The notes under the pieces were generated by a model. It saw nothing but the letters and a program-made list of their open reading frames with translations, had not been told where the DNA came from and did not search any database. The position numbers and the translations under genes are program-made. From Octopus bimaculoides (Eukaryota), in the NCBI RefSeq assembly GCF_001194135.2, contig NC_068984.1:116694386-116758385 (forward strand): a stretch of 64,000 nucleotides of DNA, read 5' to 3'. This document shows, piece by piece, positions 61,074 through 64,000 of this stretch. Positions within the stretch are counted from its first letter, which is position 1; the number at the start of each line of letters is the position of its first letter.

Positions 61074-61985
61074 CGATAAATTAAGTACTAGTGAAACACT
61101 TGGGTCGATGTAATCAATTAGTCCCCTCCCCTAAAAAATTTCAAGCTTTGTGCCTATAGCAGAAAGGATTGTTATTATTAAGGTGGCGAGCTGGCTGAAT
61201 CGTTAGCGCGCCAGGCAAAATGCTTAGCGGTATTTGGTCCGTCTTTATGTTCTGAGTTCAAATTCGGCCGAAGTCGACAATCATTCTTTCGGGGTCGATA
61301 AAGTTAGTACCAATGAAACACCGGGGTTGATATAATCGACTAGTCCTCTCCCCCAAAAATTTCAGGTCTTGTGCTTTTAGTAGAAAGGACTATTATTATC
61401 ATTGTTAAGTCGGGAAAAATGCTTAGCGGCATTTGGTCCGTCTTTACGTTCTGAGTTCAAATTCCACCGAGATCGACTGTGCCTTTCGTGGTCAATGAAA
61501 AAAGTACCAGTCCTTCTCTTTTCATGCCTTATGACTATAATTGAAAGGATTGTTATTACTATTATTATTGTTGCTTCTGAGTTCAAATTCTGCCGAGGTC
61601 GACTTTACCTTTCATCTTTTCGGGGGTCGATAAATTAAGCACCAGTTGCGTACTGGGGTCGATCTAATCGACTGGTACCCTCCCCCAAAATTTCGGGCCT
61701 TGCGCCTAGAGTAGAAAAGATTGTTGCTGTTGTCGTCATCATCATCATCATCATTATTATCATTATTATTAAGGCAGCGAGCATGCAGAATTGCTAGCAC
61801 ACCGAACAAAATGCTTAGAGCTATTTTGTCTGTCTTCGTGTTCTGAGTTCAAATTCCACCAAACTCAAATTTATTTTCATCCTTCCACGATCGATAAAAT
61901 AAAGTATCAGTCAAAATACTGGGGTCGATTTAACGACTTATCCCCTCACTTAAAATTGGTGGCCTTGTACCAAAATTAGAAATTT
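61074..61985 (+). mobile_element. Five head-to-tail SINE family C copies or fragments
   Basis: Units at ~61074, 61180, 61410, 61574 and 61771; most end in AAAGGATTGTTATTATT-like tails. Confidence 0.85.
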
Positions 61986-61989
61986 TTTA

Positions 61990-62187
61990 TTTTATTCTTT
62001 TACGCGTTTCAGTTATTTTACTGCGGCCATGCTGAAGCACTGCCTTAAAGGGTTTTAGTCAAAGAAATCGACCTCAGTACTGATTCTTTCTAAGCCTAGT
62101 ATTTATCCTATCGGTGCCTTTTGCCGAACCGCTAGCGGACATAAATATACCAACATCAGTTGTCAAGCGATAGTGGGGGTGGGGGGA

Positions 62188-62231
<44 letters not shown>

Positions 62232-62545
62232 NNNNNNNNNNNNNNNNNNNNNNNNNNNNNNNNNNNNNNNNNNNNNNNNNNNNNNNNNNNNNNNNNNNNN
62301 NNNNNNNNNNNNNNNNNNNNNNNNNNNNNNNNNNNNNNNNNNNNNNNNNNNNNNNNNNNNNNNNNNNNNNNNNNNNNNNNNNNNNNNNNNNNNNNNNNNN
62401 NNNNNNNNNNNNNNNNNNNNNNNNNNNNNNNNNNNNNNNNNNNNNNNNNNNNNNNNNNNNNNNNNNNNNNNNNNNNNNNNNNNNNNNNNNNNNNNTACAA
62501 CGGGTTTCTTTCAATTTCCGTCTACCAAATCCACTCACAAGGTCG
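61990..62545 (-). mobile_element. SINE family B (internal microsatellite partly in gap; 5'-truncated)
   Basis: TTTCAGTTATTTTACTGCGGCCATGCTGAAGCACTGCC tail..GGGGACAAACACAC..TTTCCGTCTACCAAATCCACTCACAAGG. Confidence 0.85.
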
Positions 62546-63299
62546 AGGCGTTTGTAAAAAGCCATTACGTGAAGCAAAGAGTCTCTGAAGCAGAAAGGGT
62601 TGGGAACTGCTGGCCTAAATATATTTGAAGGGATGGCCACAAATGGAACAAGTTTAATCATATGTTTGCTCAATCAGGCGTCACCTGGAGCTAAGCCGAA
62701 GCAGCAGTGTAACAACAACATAAATAACAACAACAACAACAACATAATCAAGAACAATTACGTTTCAAACCCAGCAATATAATTTAAAATCAATTTTGCT
62801 AAAATTTCTCAAAACTGTTTACGTCTTAAGGTTTTGATTTTGACATATAATCCATTCAACTTTGAAATTGAATTAATTTCAATAAAAATATGCTTTCTTT
62901 ATTTTATTTTATTTTATTTTATTTTATTTTATTTACTGGGTTTTTAAAAATTTTTTCTGCGATATTTTTTTGTTTTAAATGTTTTCTAACGATTTTAGCG
63001 AAATTCTTATTTCCTTGTTATCTAACATCTTTCTTCTTTTCCCCGTCCCTCCATCTGTTTCTTTTTTTCCCTCCACCTGTTTCTCGTTTCCCTCCATCTA
63101 TTTCTCCTTCCTTCTTTCCCTCTCTCTTTCTCTTCCTCTCCACCTCTCCCTTCCCTCTTTCCCTCTCCATCCTCCCCCCTCTCTCTCACACACACACACA
63201 CTTTCTCCACCCTCTTCCCTTCAAAAATTAAGATATGTCCTCAGAGAAATTTCAAAATTTCCAGTACTGACATAACTGATATGAATTTGTTATTGGTGC

Positions 63300-63509
63300 C
63301 GATGTATGATGGCTGTTGGTGATACTAATGCTGTGGATGAAGATGATGATGATGATGATGATGATGACGATAGTAGTGATGGTGACAGCGGCGGTGGCGG
63401 CGGTGGTGGTGGGAGTGTTGGTGGTGGTGGTGGTGGTGGTTCTGATAGAGATATTGGTAGTGATAATGTTGGAGATGATGAGGATGATGATGATAATGAT
63501 GATGATGAA

Positions 63510-63542
<33 letters not shown>

Positions 63543-63920
63543 GATGAAAATGGTGGTGGTGGTGGTGGTGAAAATGATAGTAGCGACGATGATGATGTTG
63601 ATGCTGATGATGGGTCGAGTGCTGAGGATGATGATAATGATGACGACGATAGTAGTGGTGGTGGTGGTGGTGGCGGTGGCGGCGGTGGTGATTCTGATAG
63701 TGATATTGGTAGTGATGATGATGATGATGATGACGACGGTAGTAGTGGTGGCGGCGCTGATGACGATGACGACGATGATGATGATGATGATGATAATGAC
63801 GACGACGATGGTGATTGACGTAGTGGTGATGATGATGATGATGATAATAATAAAAATGGTGGTGGTGGTGGTGGTGAAAATGATAGCCGCGACAACGATG
63901 CTGATGATGGGATGGTGATG
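63300..63920. repeat. Compound (GAT)n/(GGT)n tract with higher-order duplication
   Basis: TCTGATAG.GATATTGGTAGTGAT at ~63441 and ~63692; AAAATGGTGGT..GAAAATGATAG at ~63547 and ~63853. Confidence 0.9.
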
Positions 63921-64000
63921 GCGTGATGGAGTAGCTTTGTTGTTGCCGCTGGTTATTCTTGTTCTCTGCCAATCCGAACATGACGGTTTTCACCTTTTAC

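Overview
AT-rich, gap-ridden eukaryotic (animal) DNA. It is not prokaryotic: there are no operons, rRNA genes, true tRNA genes or CRISPR arrays. The tRNA-derived SINE families and the extreme microsatellite load look like an octopus/cephalopod short-read scaffold; this is inference from recalled repeat families, not a database check. No intact host gene can be supported, and most ORF-track entries are microsatellite or N-gap artefacts. The window is a mosaic of decayed mobile elements. (1) More than 35 copies of four tRNA-headed SINE families, labelled A-D here. (2) Non-LTR retrotransposon relics: a CR1-group RT, two RTE fragments and a restriction-like-endonuclease (RLE) type element. (3) Four IS630-Tc1-mariner transposase relics: DD34D x2, DD36E and DD37D. 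(4) Mariner-, Tigger- and hAT-Charlie-type MITEs. The most interesting signals are: three minimal type I hammerhead-ribozyme motifs, one with a compensatory G3:C8 core swap; a CR1 3' tail shared with SINE family B, suggesting a LINE/SINE partnership; a DD36E Tc1 element; an RTE insertion flanked by an unusually long target duplication; and a 96-nt near-perfect hairpin. Element boundaries were read by eye and are approximate unless TIR/TSD coordinates are given.
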